Below, one piece after another: positions 15,506 through 25,320 of a DNA stretch of 26,266 nt (within the stretch, counting starts at the first letter, position 1; each line of letters starts with the position of its first letter). Below the pieces are notes generated by a model. It was not told the origin of the DNA, made no database searches, and saw only the letters and a list, made by a program, of their open reading frames with translations. This stretch comes from a virus (lineage: Duplodnaviria; Caudoviricetes), in IMG/VR virus record IMGVR_UViG_3300020042_001918, positions 1-26,266 of that record; one strand, given 5' to 3'. The position numbers were made by a program, and so were the translations under genes.

Positions 15506-16915
15506 ATGTTGGCTGAACTGTTTGATTCTGAAACCTTTGCGGAGTTTGATGCGCAGGCAGAGCATGATCGCATAGCCCAGATTGCCCATGCCAAGTGGGT
15601 TGCCAGCGCACACAAGTACCAGATTCCCCCACCGCTTGAGCAGGATTATTCGGTCTGGATGATGCTCGCGGGCCGTGGAGCGGGTAAGACTCGGTCAGCC
15701 GCGGAAGCCTTATGGTGGTGGTGCTGGATCAACCCAGGAACCAGAGGTTTGGTTCTGGCTCCTACTTCTAATGACATCAAGTTCACCTGCTTTGAGGGGC
15801 AGTCAGGGCTGCTTGCTTGCATCCCCAAGGAACTGGTTGTGGACTACAACAAGCAAGATCACCAGATCAAACTGTCCAATGGCTCGATTATCCGGGGCAT
15901 CTCTGGCGACTCCTATGAGCGCTTGCGGGGTCCTCAATTTCATTGGTGCTGGGCTGATGAGTTAGCCGCCTTCCAGTATCTGGGGCCTGGAGAGGCTTGG
16001 GACATGATGGTCATGGGTCTGCGCCTTGGTAACCATCCCCGTGTTATCGTGACCACCACGCCCAAGCCCAAGGACTTGATCCTTGATCTGATAGGCAGGG
16101 AGGGTGATGATGTGGTGATTGACCGCGCCAGCACCTATGAGAACAAAGACAACCTAGCCCCCTCATTCTCTAAGCAGCTAGAGCAGTACAAGGGCAGCAA
16201 GCTATATCAGCAAGAGGTGTTGGGCGAGATCGTTGACCTCGAGGATGGCAAGGTGGTCAGCCGGGATATGTTCAAGTTGTGGCCACATGACAAGGCATTC
16301 CCAAAGTTTGAGTACATCATCCAGTCTTATGACTGTGCCTTCTCAGAGAAGGAACACAATGATCCGACCGCCATGACTACTTGGGGCATTTTCCAGCCTA
16401 TGGACGGCCCCATGTCGGTCTTGCTGATTGACTGCTGGGCAGAGCATCTGGCTTTCCCCCAACTCAAGTCTAAAGTCCTTGATGAGTGGCGAGTCTCCTA
16501 TGGTGAGGGCAGGGATGCCAAGCGCCCTGACTTGATCCTAGTTGAGGACAAGGCGGCTGGCATCTCTCTGATTCAGGAACTGAGGCAGGCCCATTTGCCT
16601 GTGACTGGCTGGAACCCGGGGCGGGCTGACAAGATGCAGAGGCTTCAGATTACGGCGTCCATCTTTGCGACTGGTCGTGTCTGGTTGCCTGAGTCAAGTA
16701 TCCGAAAGGGTTACGTCAAGGATTGGGTAGAGGGCTTCCTGTCCCAATTGTGTTCGTTCCCTGACTCAACCCATGATGACTATGTGGACAGTGCAACTCA
16801 GGCGATCCGATACCTAAAGGATGGCGGCTGGCTCGACATTAACCCTGAGCCGCATTATGATGACGAAGACTATGCGGAGATCAGACCGCAACGTATCAAC
16901 CCTTACGCGGCATAA
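15506..16915 (+). CDS. terL: Terminase large subunit
   Basis: Walker A AGRGAGKT, LRGPQF..WADE Walker B, TTTPK coupling motif, and nuclease motifs SYDCA, VEDKAAG and HDDYVD. Confidence 0.95.
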   Translation: MLAELFDSETFAEFDAQAEHDRIAQIAHAKWVASAHKYQIPPPLEQDYSVWMMLAGRGAGKTRSAAEALWWWCWINPGTRGLVLAPTSNDIKFTCFEGQSGLLACIPKELVVDYNKQDHQIKLSNGSIIRGISGDSYERLRGPQFHWCWADELAAFQYLGPGEAWDMMVMGLRLGNHPRVIVTTTPKPKDLILDLIGREGDDVVIDRASTYENKDNLAPSFSKQLEQYKGSKLYQQEVLGEIVDLEDGKVVSRDMFKLWPHDKAFPKFEYIIQSYDCAFSEKEHNDPTAMTTWGIFQPMDGPMSVLLIDCWAEHLAFPQLKSKVLDEWRVSYGEGRDAKRPDLILVEDKAAGISLIQELRQAHLPVTGWNPGRADKMQRLQITASIFATGRVWLPESSIRKGYVKDWVEGFLSQLCSFPDSTHDDYVDSATQAIRYLKDGGWLDINPEPHYDDEDYAEIRPQRINPYAA

Positions 16916-16920
16916 ATACC

Positions 16921-19900
16921 ATGGGAATCAATAAGATCATTGAGGGCGGTTTGGGCATCATCAAGTCTGCAGGTCGGACTGCCCATGAGCAGGAGGCGGC
17001 CATTCGTGCTGCACAGAATGCCAAGGTTGCCGAGCAGATGGCTAACCTGCCTCCTCGGAATAAGAAGGCAAATGAGGCTTTGGGTCTGTACCATCCTGTG
17101 GGCGGGGGCATCAAGTTGTCTAAGCCAGTGTCTGGGATGCACGCTACGACTGTGCCTGACCCCAAGTTCAAGCCGCCAAAGATTGGGACTATTACCCCTG
17201 AGCAGCTGGTTAAGGAGGAGGCGGCACTGTTTCCTCTCGTTGGTGACCGAGCCGCCGCAGGTCGATACCTAACTCACGTTGGCGAGAACGAACTTGAAGC
17301 GCCTGTTAGGTTGACTGGTGGCCCTCGCTACATGGATGCCAATTACAACCCAATCAACCCTGATGACTCAGCCGCATGGGAGTCAGGACTTAGTCGTGTA
17401 ACCGCGCTTGGGCGTCAGGCTGAACGCGCAGGAGAAGGCGGTCGCCCTGTCTATGGCATTTACACCGCAGGCTCTGGCACAAACACTGACTTCAACATAA
17501 TGGGTGCGAACGCGCTGATTCAACAGATACCTTTTAGCAAGATTACGAAGAAGGCGGAAAAGGCATTTGACCAAGCGATGAGGGCTGGCTCAGAGATGTT
17601 TGCGCCTATACCAAATTGGCCCGGCATCCGTAGCCCATCGGCTCAAGAGATGATCTTAGACAAGAGCAATGGCATTGTTCGCACCAAGTTGTTTGACACA
17701 ATGGGCAAGGAAGAGTTTCAGTCTATGGGCTTTCCAGAAGTCCCAGGCACCCGCAAGGCGATCATTGAACCTGAGTTGCTTGATGTGCCGACGAATCAGG
17801 CGGGCTTTAGGATGGCTAGGATGGACACAAGCGGTCGGATTATTGAAGACCCAATCATCCCTTCCGACTATCCGACTGCATGGGCGGGTCAGGTTGCGGG
17901 TAAGTTAGATCAGCCTGCAGACTTTAAGGATGTATGGCAGACCCACCATGAGGCGCGCCGCCTATTGAACAAACCTGAGTCTGGTGACTACTACTCATTC
18001 TCTCGCGCCCATCCGATCCAGTATGCGGATCAGCAGTGGCTAGACAGGCTGATGCAACAGAGGTTTGCCAATGAACGCAAGATCAAAGAGGGTGAGTACA
18101 AGGATGGCGGTGAGGTTGAGGAGGTTGATATGACTGATGCCGACAAGAAGTTGCACGCCCTCATTGATGGGCATAGGTTCAAGCACTCCATGAAGAGTGG
18201 GGGCAAGGTTGAGAGCAAGATTGAGGGGGATCACCCTGATGCCAAGTTGCACGCCTTGATTGAGACTCGCCGTAAAGAGGTGCGCATGGCTAGTGGTGGT
18301 CAGGCTTTTAAGGCGGCAATGAAGGCTGGCGCAACCGAAGCTAAACCGATTGGGTTTGACAAGGGCGGTGCGGCATTTGGGTTTTTCCCTCAGTTAAAAG
18401 CCAAGAGGTCTAAGCAAGACCCAGAGGCGGCTAAGAATGTGCCTGTTGATGTAGCCCGCGGTGTGGTCTCTGGTGTGCTTGGTGCGCCCGGGGACATTGA
18501 GTCCTTGCTACGCATTCCCTATGATTACCTGCGTTCTCCGACCATGTCTGAGTTGGTGACAGGGGAGAAGAAGAGCAAGACCTTTGCCCCAACGTCTGAG
18601 GACATTGAGAAGAAGTTGCCATTCAAGTCTGACACGCCTGTGAGCCGAGCGGCTACGGGTGCAGGTCAGTTGGCTGGTGGTTTCTACTATGGGCCTGGCT
18701 CTCCGCTCAAGGTGATCGCTAATCTGCCGGGAGCAATCAAGCATGGGGCAACAGAGTTTGCCAAGGCATCAGCTGCTGGCGCATCTCGAGTGATGAAGCC
18801 AGAGGGCGGTAACTGGATACCCGGTGAAGTTGAGAATGCCGTAAAGCATTTAAAACGAAAGACTATTTCTAACTCTGATCCTGCAGAAGTTCTTGAAGAG
18901 TTCAATAAAACTTACACACCCAAAGCACTTGAGGGTATGTATGAAAATTCTAGGCGAGAGATATTGGAATACAAAGACCTTTTGGAGAGGGATGTAGCCC
19001 TTAATAGTTGGGTTGACAATAACTTGTCCAATTACATTAAAAAACAGATGGGAACTGAAAAAGACCCCGTCCGTTTGTTGGCTGATGAGGGCATCACACA
19101 CTACTCTACTGAAGGTGCAATGCGTAATGCAATGAACACTTCATATCAGCAATTTGTAGAAAATAGAAAATTAAGAGGCAAATTGGGTATGCCTGAACAG
19201 CCTTTAGCTAAGACTGATTTGGGTCGCACTTGGGAAGAAGGTATTGATAACATACTTGACCAAGGCAATATGGTTTCAGCCAAACAATTGGAAGGTGGAA
19301 AACTTTACAGAAACAATCCATGGTTGCAAAAACTTCCACCAGATAGCACTTTGTATCGTTTAGATCCAGCTAGTGTTGAGGATATGAACATGATTCATAT
19401 CATGGATGTCTTAAGGGAAGACTTGGCAATAGGTCGGATTAAACCTAGTGATCTCAAGAATTTCAGCATGGATCGTGCGGTTCGTCGCACCCATGAATAC
19501 AACCAAGAAATGGCTAAAAAAGCGGAAGAAGCTACTGCCAAAAAACTTGAGGGCATGACTGTTTACAAGGAATATCCAAATGGCTTTAAGTGGGTGAAGT
19601 TAGAAAAGCCCGGTGATTTTGCTGCTGAGTCTGATGCCATGGGACACTCTGTGCGTGGGTATGAACCTCCTCCGAGACATCCTGATTGGGTAGAGGGGTC
19701 TGGAGATCGAGGCACACCATCCTATGGGTTAGGTGGATGGGAAGCCATTAAGAGTGGCAAAGCCCAAGTCTATTCATTGGTTGACCCCAAAGGTAATCCT
19801 CATGCAACCATTGAGGCAGGAGCCGTTGGTAGACCTCGATATGAAGAGATTAGAAATCATTTTGATGAGGCACATGAACAAGTCGTCAAAGAAATGAAAG

Positions 19901-22900
19901 CGCAGGGTATGGATACAAGTGATCCTACTAAAGCCAATGGATTGGCATGGAAGCGTGCTGAGGAAATTGCTCGTGAACAAGGTTACCAATTTGTCAATCA
20001 AATCAAGGGCAAGGGAAATGACCGCCCAATTAACAAGTATGACCCTTACACCCAAGACTTTGTAACTACTGGCGATTGGACAGAGGTAAGGGACTTGCAA
20101 AACACTGGCTTGAAACTTGTTGGTGAAGCATTCCCTCGAAGGGATGACCAGCTAGGTTTTCAGAAGTTGTTTCCTGAACAAAGGTATGTAACCCCTGATG
20201 AGGTCAATGCTTACAAAACAAAAGCCGATCAAGACTTGATTGATCAATACAAGGATTGGAAGTCTAAGGTTGACTTTGAAGACCCTCAGTTCAAAGACTA
20301 TGAGGGGCCAGAGTTTATTACCAATGAAGAATTTTTCAAGCATTACTTCCCAAATGAGCCTGCCGCTCAAGCCGACTTCATTAGAGGTGGGATGGATAGT
20401 CCATACATGACTCCACCAGAGAGTCTTGGGATGAAAGATTGGGATACCCTAATGAATGAGGGTGTGTTCTCCTATGATGATGTGAGTTTTCTTAACAAGG
20501 TAATGCCTCAGAGGTATCTGACTGCTGAAGATATAGCCAAGGCAAAAGCCCGTTTAGAAGAGCCTCCACTTGCTGAGAAGAATGGTGGAGTTATCCACAT
20601 GAAAAAAGGTGGGGACGATCTTGAGTCTGAGTACAAAGAATTGAGCAAGCCTGCGTTCTACCCAAAAGTAGGAAACATCAAGAGCAAGAACTACAATTCG
20701 CCACAGAACAAACCATTTGTTGATGATCCACGTGCTATGGAAATCCCAGATGTAGATGTGGATGTTCCGACCAAGGAAAACCTTGAGATGAGCAGACGCT
20801 TGGCACAGCGCCAAGGTGAGTTAGAGAAGCAGATTCAGGCTGACAGATCACCCTTGGACAAGTTGGCAGGCACTATTCAAGGCGGTCGCCTTTTAGGTTC
20901 TGCTGTGTTGCAAGGCATCAACTCTATGCCAACGAGATTGGTTCATGGTGACAAGGCAGCTGAAAAGTTCATTCAGGATCGCATCTATAAGCCTACCAAT
21001 GAGTTGGGTGTTGAGTATGCTAGTGATACTGCAAAGTTCCTTGAGGAACTAGAAACCAAGTACAAGTTACCACCCGTTGCAACGGGTGATGTGCTTGGCT
21101 TTGCACCATTGATTCAAGCGGGTGTTGGGCAGGCAGCAAAAGCCGCGGGCAGTGGAACTAAGAAGTTTGCCAAGGCATTGGCTGAGACCGCTGGTGAGAA
21201 GATTGCCATGGGTCAGCCTCTGGTTCCTGGGGTGCCTGCTTCCATAACTAACCCCATGGTCAAGCACATCATCAAGCCAGAGGGTGGTAATTGGCAAAGT
21301 GGCAATAGAAGTGTTGAAAGCAGATTAAAGCCATACAAGCAAGGCGCACATGATGTTAACCCAATGGATGCAGAAGAACTTGGCATTCAGTTATCCCCAC
21401 AAGATGCCGCATTGAACAAGTGGATTGATTCCAACTTGACTAATTACATGAAGAAGCAATTGGGGACAGAGAGCGATCCAATTCGCAAATTGGCTGATGA
21501 GGGCATCACCCACTATGCAGACATGAATGCGATGCGGCGTGACTTAGGTTCTGGATACAACCAAACCGCAGACAATAAAAAGTTACGTCAAAAGTTTGGA
21601 ATGCCTCCATACTCAATTGCTGAAACTCCTATGGGCAAAAGTTGGGAAGAGGGAGTAGATGCTCTTATTGGCAATGAGACCCAATTACTTAGCAAATATG
21701 GAACACAGGCTCGTCTCAAAAAAGACCCTTGGATGGCAAACTTGCCAAAGGACACACCTTTCTATGGTATGCCCCCACGAGGTTTCTATTCTGATTTGGG
21801 TATGAGCCACATCATTGATGTGTTGCGTGAAGATTTGGCAACAGGTCGCATCCGTCCTGAGCAACTGAACAAAGTGTCAATGAGGCAAGCGGTTCAGCGT
21901 AGCCATGAGTACAACCAAGAGATGGCCAAGAAAGCAGAAGTGGCTCAAGCCAAAAAACTTGAGGACATGACAATTTATAAAGAGTACCCTGAAGGGTTTA
22001 GATGGGTGCAATTAGATAAACCCGGGCAGTTTGCAGCTGAATCAGACGCCATGGGGCATTCAGTCCGTGGTTATGAGCCTCCTCAAGGTCACCCTGACTA
22101 TATTCCCGGGTCAGGTAATGCTGGTAGTGAGTCCTATGGTTTGGGTGGGTGGGAAGCTATCAAGAGTGGTGATGCCAAGATTTATTCATTGATTGACAAA
22201 GATAATAAACCCCATGCAACTATTGAAATTGGCAAAGGTAATGATGCTCAAGCCTTTTTTGATGCCCACAAAAATTATTTGGATAATCCTGTAACAAAGC
22301 GTGATTTATCAATGATGGTTGATCCTGATTTGGATATACCACTTAATACGCAGCGCGTAACTGCAATGAAGCAATTGCTTGATGAAATGGGTGTTCAATA
22401 CCGTGATGTGCCTGAAGCCCCACCACACATCAATCAAATTAAAGGCAAAGGAAACCGCACTCCTAATGAGCAATACCTTCCTTATGTTCAAGACTTTGTA
22501 AAGTCAGGCAAATGGAGTCAAGTGAATGACATTGACAATTCTGGCTTGATTGAACATAGTGGTAAATATTTTACAGAGCCTGAACTTATTGAGGCAGCCA
22601 AAAAACATGGACGCATGGGTGTTCAAGATGTTCCATGGGAAGTTGCTCGCCAACGACATATGGAGGCTGGTATTTCTGAAGATGAGGCTTTACGCAATTG
22701 GATTGAAGCATTCAAAGAAGGTCGAGGCAAATTAGACATACCCCCTGAAGGTCAAAAGCGTGGTGGTCTGATCCATATGACTGAAGGTGGCTCACCGCGT
22801 TTGCCCACGAATCTTCACCCAGATGTGCAAGATGCATTAAAAGCTGGGCGCATTACGCCCAATCAAGCCAAGTGGATGAGTAACTATGCAAGGACTGCTG

Positions 22901-25320
22901 GCAATCCAGAGATTGGCACGGCAGGGATTGTTGATGGTATATCTGAAAAGATGATGAACTATAGGAACGCCGTTCGCGCTGGTGAGCATACAAGACCAAG
23001 TTGGATGGAGCCTATTCCCAAAGAGGTGAAGATGCCCAAATGGTTTGATGGCAAGTTAGACTTGGATCGTGAAGGCTTGAGACAACTTGACAAGATACCC
23101 GGTTTGACCAAAAAAGCATTTAATGCAAGTGAATACTCCAACACATTCCCTGCTGGTGTGAATGATGCCAATTACTACAATGAGTTGCTGAAGGCTTCAA
23201 AAGAAGCGCCAGACTATCAACCATACATTGATGAGTTAAATAAACTCAGAGAGCGTAACCAAGATATTGGCAAACAAGATGGTGGTCTGATTCACATGGC
23301 AAGCGGTGGCAGTCCAACAGGTGGACTTCCATCAATGCAAGACACTTTAAAAAATATTCAAAACTACTCTGTGCTTGACCAAGGCACACCTAAAAAGCCA
23401 AATCAATTAAGTGGCGTTGTGTTGTCTGGCGCAAGTTGGCTGGCTGGTGATGAGAAGACCAAACTTGCCAACAAAGCCTTCGGTCAGGATGTAACAAATA
23501 CTGCTGTAGGTGGATACAAAACCGCAGATGTGCTAAACCAACTGAACGTGTTTGAGAGGGATGGCGGAACTTTTGCACCGGGTACGACCGTGGTGTTAGA
23601 CATTGGCGCTAATGACATTGCCACGGGTGTTGACCCTGCTATTACGCGCAGAAACTTAGATGAACTTGTTTCTAGATTGGGAGACAGTGGTGTAGAAATT
23701 ATTATGTCTGCCCAACCGTTTGCAAATTCGTTTCAAGAGGCTATTGACAATCCGAATCTAGTCATGAATGAGATGTATAGCGACATCGCAAGCAACAATC
23801 CACACGTCACCCTTGTTGATGCTATGTCTGGTTTCATGAACCAGAAAGATTTGATGGATGAGTCTCGTTTCCATTTAAAAAGCGACGACTCTAAATTAGC
23901 GTACATCAACAAGTTTGCGGATGCATATAAAGCAAACAATCCAACCACTCAAGTTGAAACGGGCTTGCCAAAAGAGACTGAGCAAATTACCCAGATTGGT
24001 ACGCAATTAGATATTCCCCAAGAGATTGCACAAATCACGCAGACAAGCGTGCCAGAGACTTATTACACGCCAGAGGTTACCTATACACCAGAGGTTATCT
24101 CTACGCCAGCCGTTGTTGAGGCTGAACTTCAGCCCTCTGCTGGCTACACTTATGCACAAAACAATTCAAGCATTGACAACTACTACAACATCATCAATGA
24201 CTATTTAGCGCAAGAGCGCACTCAAGATGAAATCCAAGCCGCGATGGAGCAATACGGCGTAAGTCAAGCAGATGTTGATGCAGCTAGAGGTTCTGGGCCT
24301 GGCAGACTTGAAGAGTCATATGCAACAGAGCAATACAAGCGCGGTGGTATTACTCGCATGGCCCCGGGCGGTTTGATTAAGAACTTGCTCAAGATGACTC
24401 CCAAGGAAGAGGCTTTAGCAAAGTTGCCGCAGATGAAAGCTGAGTCAGCTGCCAAGCAAGCGTTAGAGGCTGAGTACAACAAAGCCATGCGTGAAGTGCC
24501 TTATGACAAGCAGATCACTCTAAAACAGTATGAGGCAAGCAAAAACAAGCCTGCCAAGAAAACTGTATGGCATGGTTCACCACACCATTTCAAGCCTACT
24601 GATAAAAATCCATTGGGAGTCTTTGACCCAACCAAGATTGGAACTGGTGAGGGAACTCAGGCTTTTGGACATGGTCATTACTTAGCAGAGGCTAAAGGTA
24701 ATGCAGAGGGTTACCGCCATATGCTATCGGTTGATCCAAGCCAAGGCTCTGAGAACATTAGGTTTGCAACCTTAGAAAATTTCATGCCCAATGAAGCGCC
24801 AGCAGTTCAAAAGCAGATCAAGGATTTCCTTGATGGCACTGGAAACTATGCTGACTTTGTGCGAGTAATAAAGCAGCAAGGCTCTGATGACTTTAAGAAA
24901 GCCTTGGTGAGCGAAGAGCCAGAGATGTTCAAGGCTGGTGCTTTGTACCAAGTAGAGCTGCCTGAAGAGAAGTTGGCTAGTATGCTTGACTATGACTTGC
25001 CTTGGACTCAGCAGTCTGAAGCTGTTAAAAAAGCAATCAATGTTGAAGGTTTACAGAAGTTTTACAACTCTGAAGACCTGCCCATGTCGCAAATTTTTCA
25101 CCATGCCCATCAGAGTATGACTCCCCCTCAGTTTGCAGAGTTTTTGAGAAGTAAAGGTATACCCGGCATTAAGTACAAGGATGCACAATCGAGGGGTATC
25201 CGAGAGGCGGAAGAGGGTACCCGCAATATCGTTATTTTCCCCGGCAACGAAGACTTGCTGAACATTGTTGGAAAAGAGAAACGTGGCGGCTTAATACACA
25301 CAAGGAAACAATATGCCTGA
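16921..25320 (+). CDS. Giant modular 'polyvalent' protein (2799 aa): two PcfJ-like repeats, SGNH hydrolase and ADP-ribosyltransferase-like domain, separated by GG motifs
   Basis: Uninterrupted 8.4-kb ORF starting 5 nt after the terL stop and overlapping the portal start. Shows an internal duplication, SGNH blocks and WHGS...GHYLAE...GIPGIKY..RNIVIF. Confidence 0.85.
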   Translation: MGINKIIEGGLGIIKSAGRTAHEQEAAIRAAQNAKVAEQMANLPPRNKKANEALGLYHPVGGGIKLSKPVSGMHATTVPDPKFKPPKIGTITPEQLVKEEAALFPLVGDRAAAGRYLTHVGENELEAPVRLTGGPRYMDANYNPINPDDSAAWESGLSRVTALGRQAERAGEGGRPVYGIYTAGSGTNTDFNIMGANALIQQIPFSKITKKAEKAFDQAMRAGSEMFAPIPNWPGIRSPSAQEMILDKSNGIVRTKLFDTMGKEEFQSMGFPEVPGTRKAIIEPELLDVPTNQAGFRMARMDTSGRIIEDPIIPSDYPTAWAGQVAGKLDQPADFKDVWQTHHEARRLLNKPESGDYYSFSRAHPIQYADQQWLDRLMQQRFANERKIKEGEYKDGGEVEEVDMTDADKKLHALIDGHRFKHSMKSGGKVESKIEGDHPDAKLHALIETRRKEVRMASGGQAFKAAMKAGATEAKPIGFDKGGAAFGFFPQLKAKRSKQDPEAAKNVPVDVARGVVSGVLGAPGDIESLLRIPYDYLRSPTMSELVTGEKKSKTFAPTSEDIEKKLPFKSDTPVSRAATGAGQLAGGFYYGPGSPLKVIANLPGAIKHGATEFAKASAAGASRVMKPEGGNWIPGEVENAVKHLKRKTISNSDPAEVLEEFNKTYTPKALEGMYENSRREILEYKDLLERDVALNSWVDNNLSNYIKKQMGTEKDPVRLLADEGITHYSTEGAMRNAMNTSYQQFVENRKLRGKLGMPEQPLAKTDLGRTWEEGIDNILDQGNMVSAKQLEGGKLYRNNPWLQKLPPDSTLYRLDPASVEDMNMIHIMDVLREDLAIGRIKPSDLKNFSMDRAVRRTHEYNQEMAKKAEEATAKKLEGMTVYKEYPNGFKWVKLEKPGDFAAESDAMGHSVRGYEPPPRHPDWVEGSGDRGTPSYGLGGWEAIKSGKAQVYSLVDPKGNPHATIEAGAVGRPRYEEIRNHFDEAHEQVVKEMKAQGMDTSDPTKANGLAWKRAEEIAREQGYQFVNQIKGKGNDRPINKYDPYTQDFVTTGDWTEVRDLQNTGLKLVGEAFPRRDDQLGFQKLFPEQRYVTPDEVNAYKTKADQDLIDQYKDWKSKVDFEDPQFKDYEGPEFITNEEFFKHYFPNEPAAQADFIRGGMDSPYMTPPESLGMKDWDTLMNEGVFSYDDVSFLNKVMPQRYLTAEDIAKAKARLEEPPLAEKNGGVIHMKKGGDDLESEYKELSKPAFYPKVGNIKSKNYNSPQNKPFVDDPRAMEIPDVDVDVPTKENLEMSRRLAQRQGELEKQIQADRSPLDKLAGTIQGGRLLGSAVLQGINSMPTRLVHGDKAAEKFIQDRIYKPTNELGVEYASDTAKFLEELETKYKLPPVATGDVLGFAPLIQAGVGQAAKAAGSGTKKFAKALAETAGEKIAMGQPLVPGVPASITNPMVKHIIKPEGGNWQSGNRSVESRLKPYKQGAHDVNPMDAEELGIQLSPQDAALNKWIDSNLTNYMKKQLGTESDPIRKLADEGITHYADMNAMRRDLGSGYNQTADNKKLRQKFGMPPYSIAETPMGKSWEEGVDALIGNETQLLSKYGTQARLKKDPWMANLPKDTPFYGMPPRGFYSDLGMSHIIDVLREDLATGRIRPEQLNKVSMRQAVQRSHEYNQEMAKKAEVAQAKKLEDMTIYKEYPEGFRWVQLDKPGQFAAESDAMGHSVRGYEPPQGHPDYIPGSGNAGSESYGLGGWEAIKSGDAKIYSLIDKDNKPHATIEIGKGNDAQAFFDAHKNYLDNPVTKRDLSMMVDPDLDIPLNTQRVTAMKQLLDEMGVQYRDVPEAPPHINQIKGKGNRTPNEQYLPYVQDFVKSGKWSQVNDIDNSGLIEHSGKYFTEPELIEAAKKHGRMGVQDVPWEVARQRHMEAGISEDEALRNWIEAFKEGRGKLDIPPEGQKRGGLIHMTEGGSPRLPTNLHPDVQDALKAGRITPNQAKWMSNYARTAGNPEIGTAGIVDGISEKMMNYRNAVRAGEHTRPSWMEPIPKEVKMPKWFDGKLDLDREGLRQLDKIPGLTKKAFNASEYSNTFPAGVNDANYYNELLKASKEAPDYQPYIDELNKLRERNQDIGKQDGGLIHMASGGSPTGGLPSMQDTLKNIQNYSVLDQGTPKKPNQLSGVVLSGASWLAGDEKTKLANKAFGQDVTNTAVGGYKTADVLNQLNVFERDGGTFAPGTTVVLDIGANDIATGVDPAITRRNLDELVSRLGDSGVEIIMSAQPFANSFQEAIDNPNLVMNEMYSDIASNNPHVTLVDAMSGFMNQKDLMDESRFHLKSDDSKLAYINKFADAYKANNPTTQVETGLPKETEQITQIGTQLDIPQEIAQITQTSVPETYYTPEVTYTPEVISTPAVVEAELQPSAGYTYAQNNSSIDNYYNIINDYLAQERTQDEIQAAMEQYGVSQADVDAARGSGPGRLEESYATEQYKRGGITRMAPGGLIKNLLKMTPKEEALAKLPQMKAESAAKQALEAEYNKAMREVPYDKQITLKQYEASKNKPAKKTVWHGSPHHFKPTDKNPLGVFDPTKIGTGEGTQAFGHGHYLAEAKGNAEGYRHMLSVDPSQGSENIRFATLENFMPNEAPAVQKQIKDFLDGTGNYADFVRVIKQQGSDDFKKALVSEEPEMFKAGALYQVELPEEKLASMLDYDLPWTQQSEAVKKAINVEGLQKFYNSEDLPMSQIFHHAHQSMTPPQFAEFLRSKGIPGIKYKDAQSRGIREAEEGTRNIVIFPGNEDLLNIVGKEKRGGLIHTRKQYA

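Noticed and set aside
18790-22548. Duplicated segments as a DGR template/variable repeat pair
   Set aside because: Differences are not adenine-specific, both copies are long in-frame coding modules, and no reverse transcriptase is in the window.
16921-25320. Giant ORF as a tape measure, virion RNA polymerase or intein-containing protein
   Set aside because: No tape-measure helical repeats, no DxDGD/NADFDGD or T7-type polymerase motifs, and no intein splice or LAGLIDADG motifs were seen.
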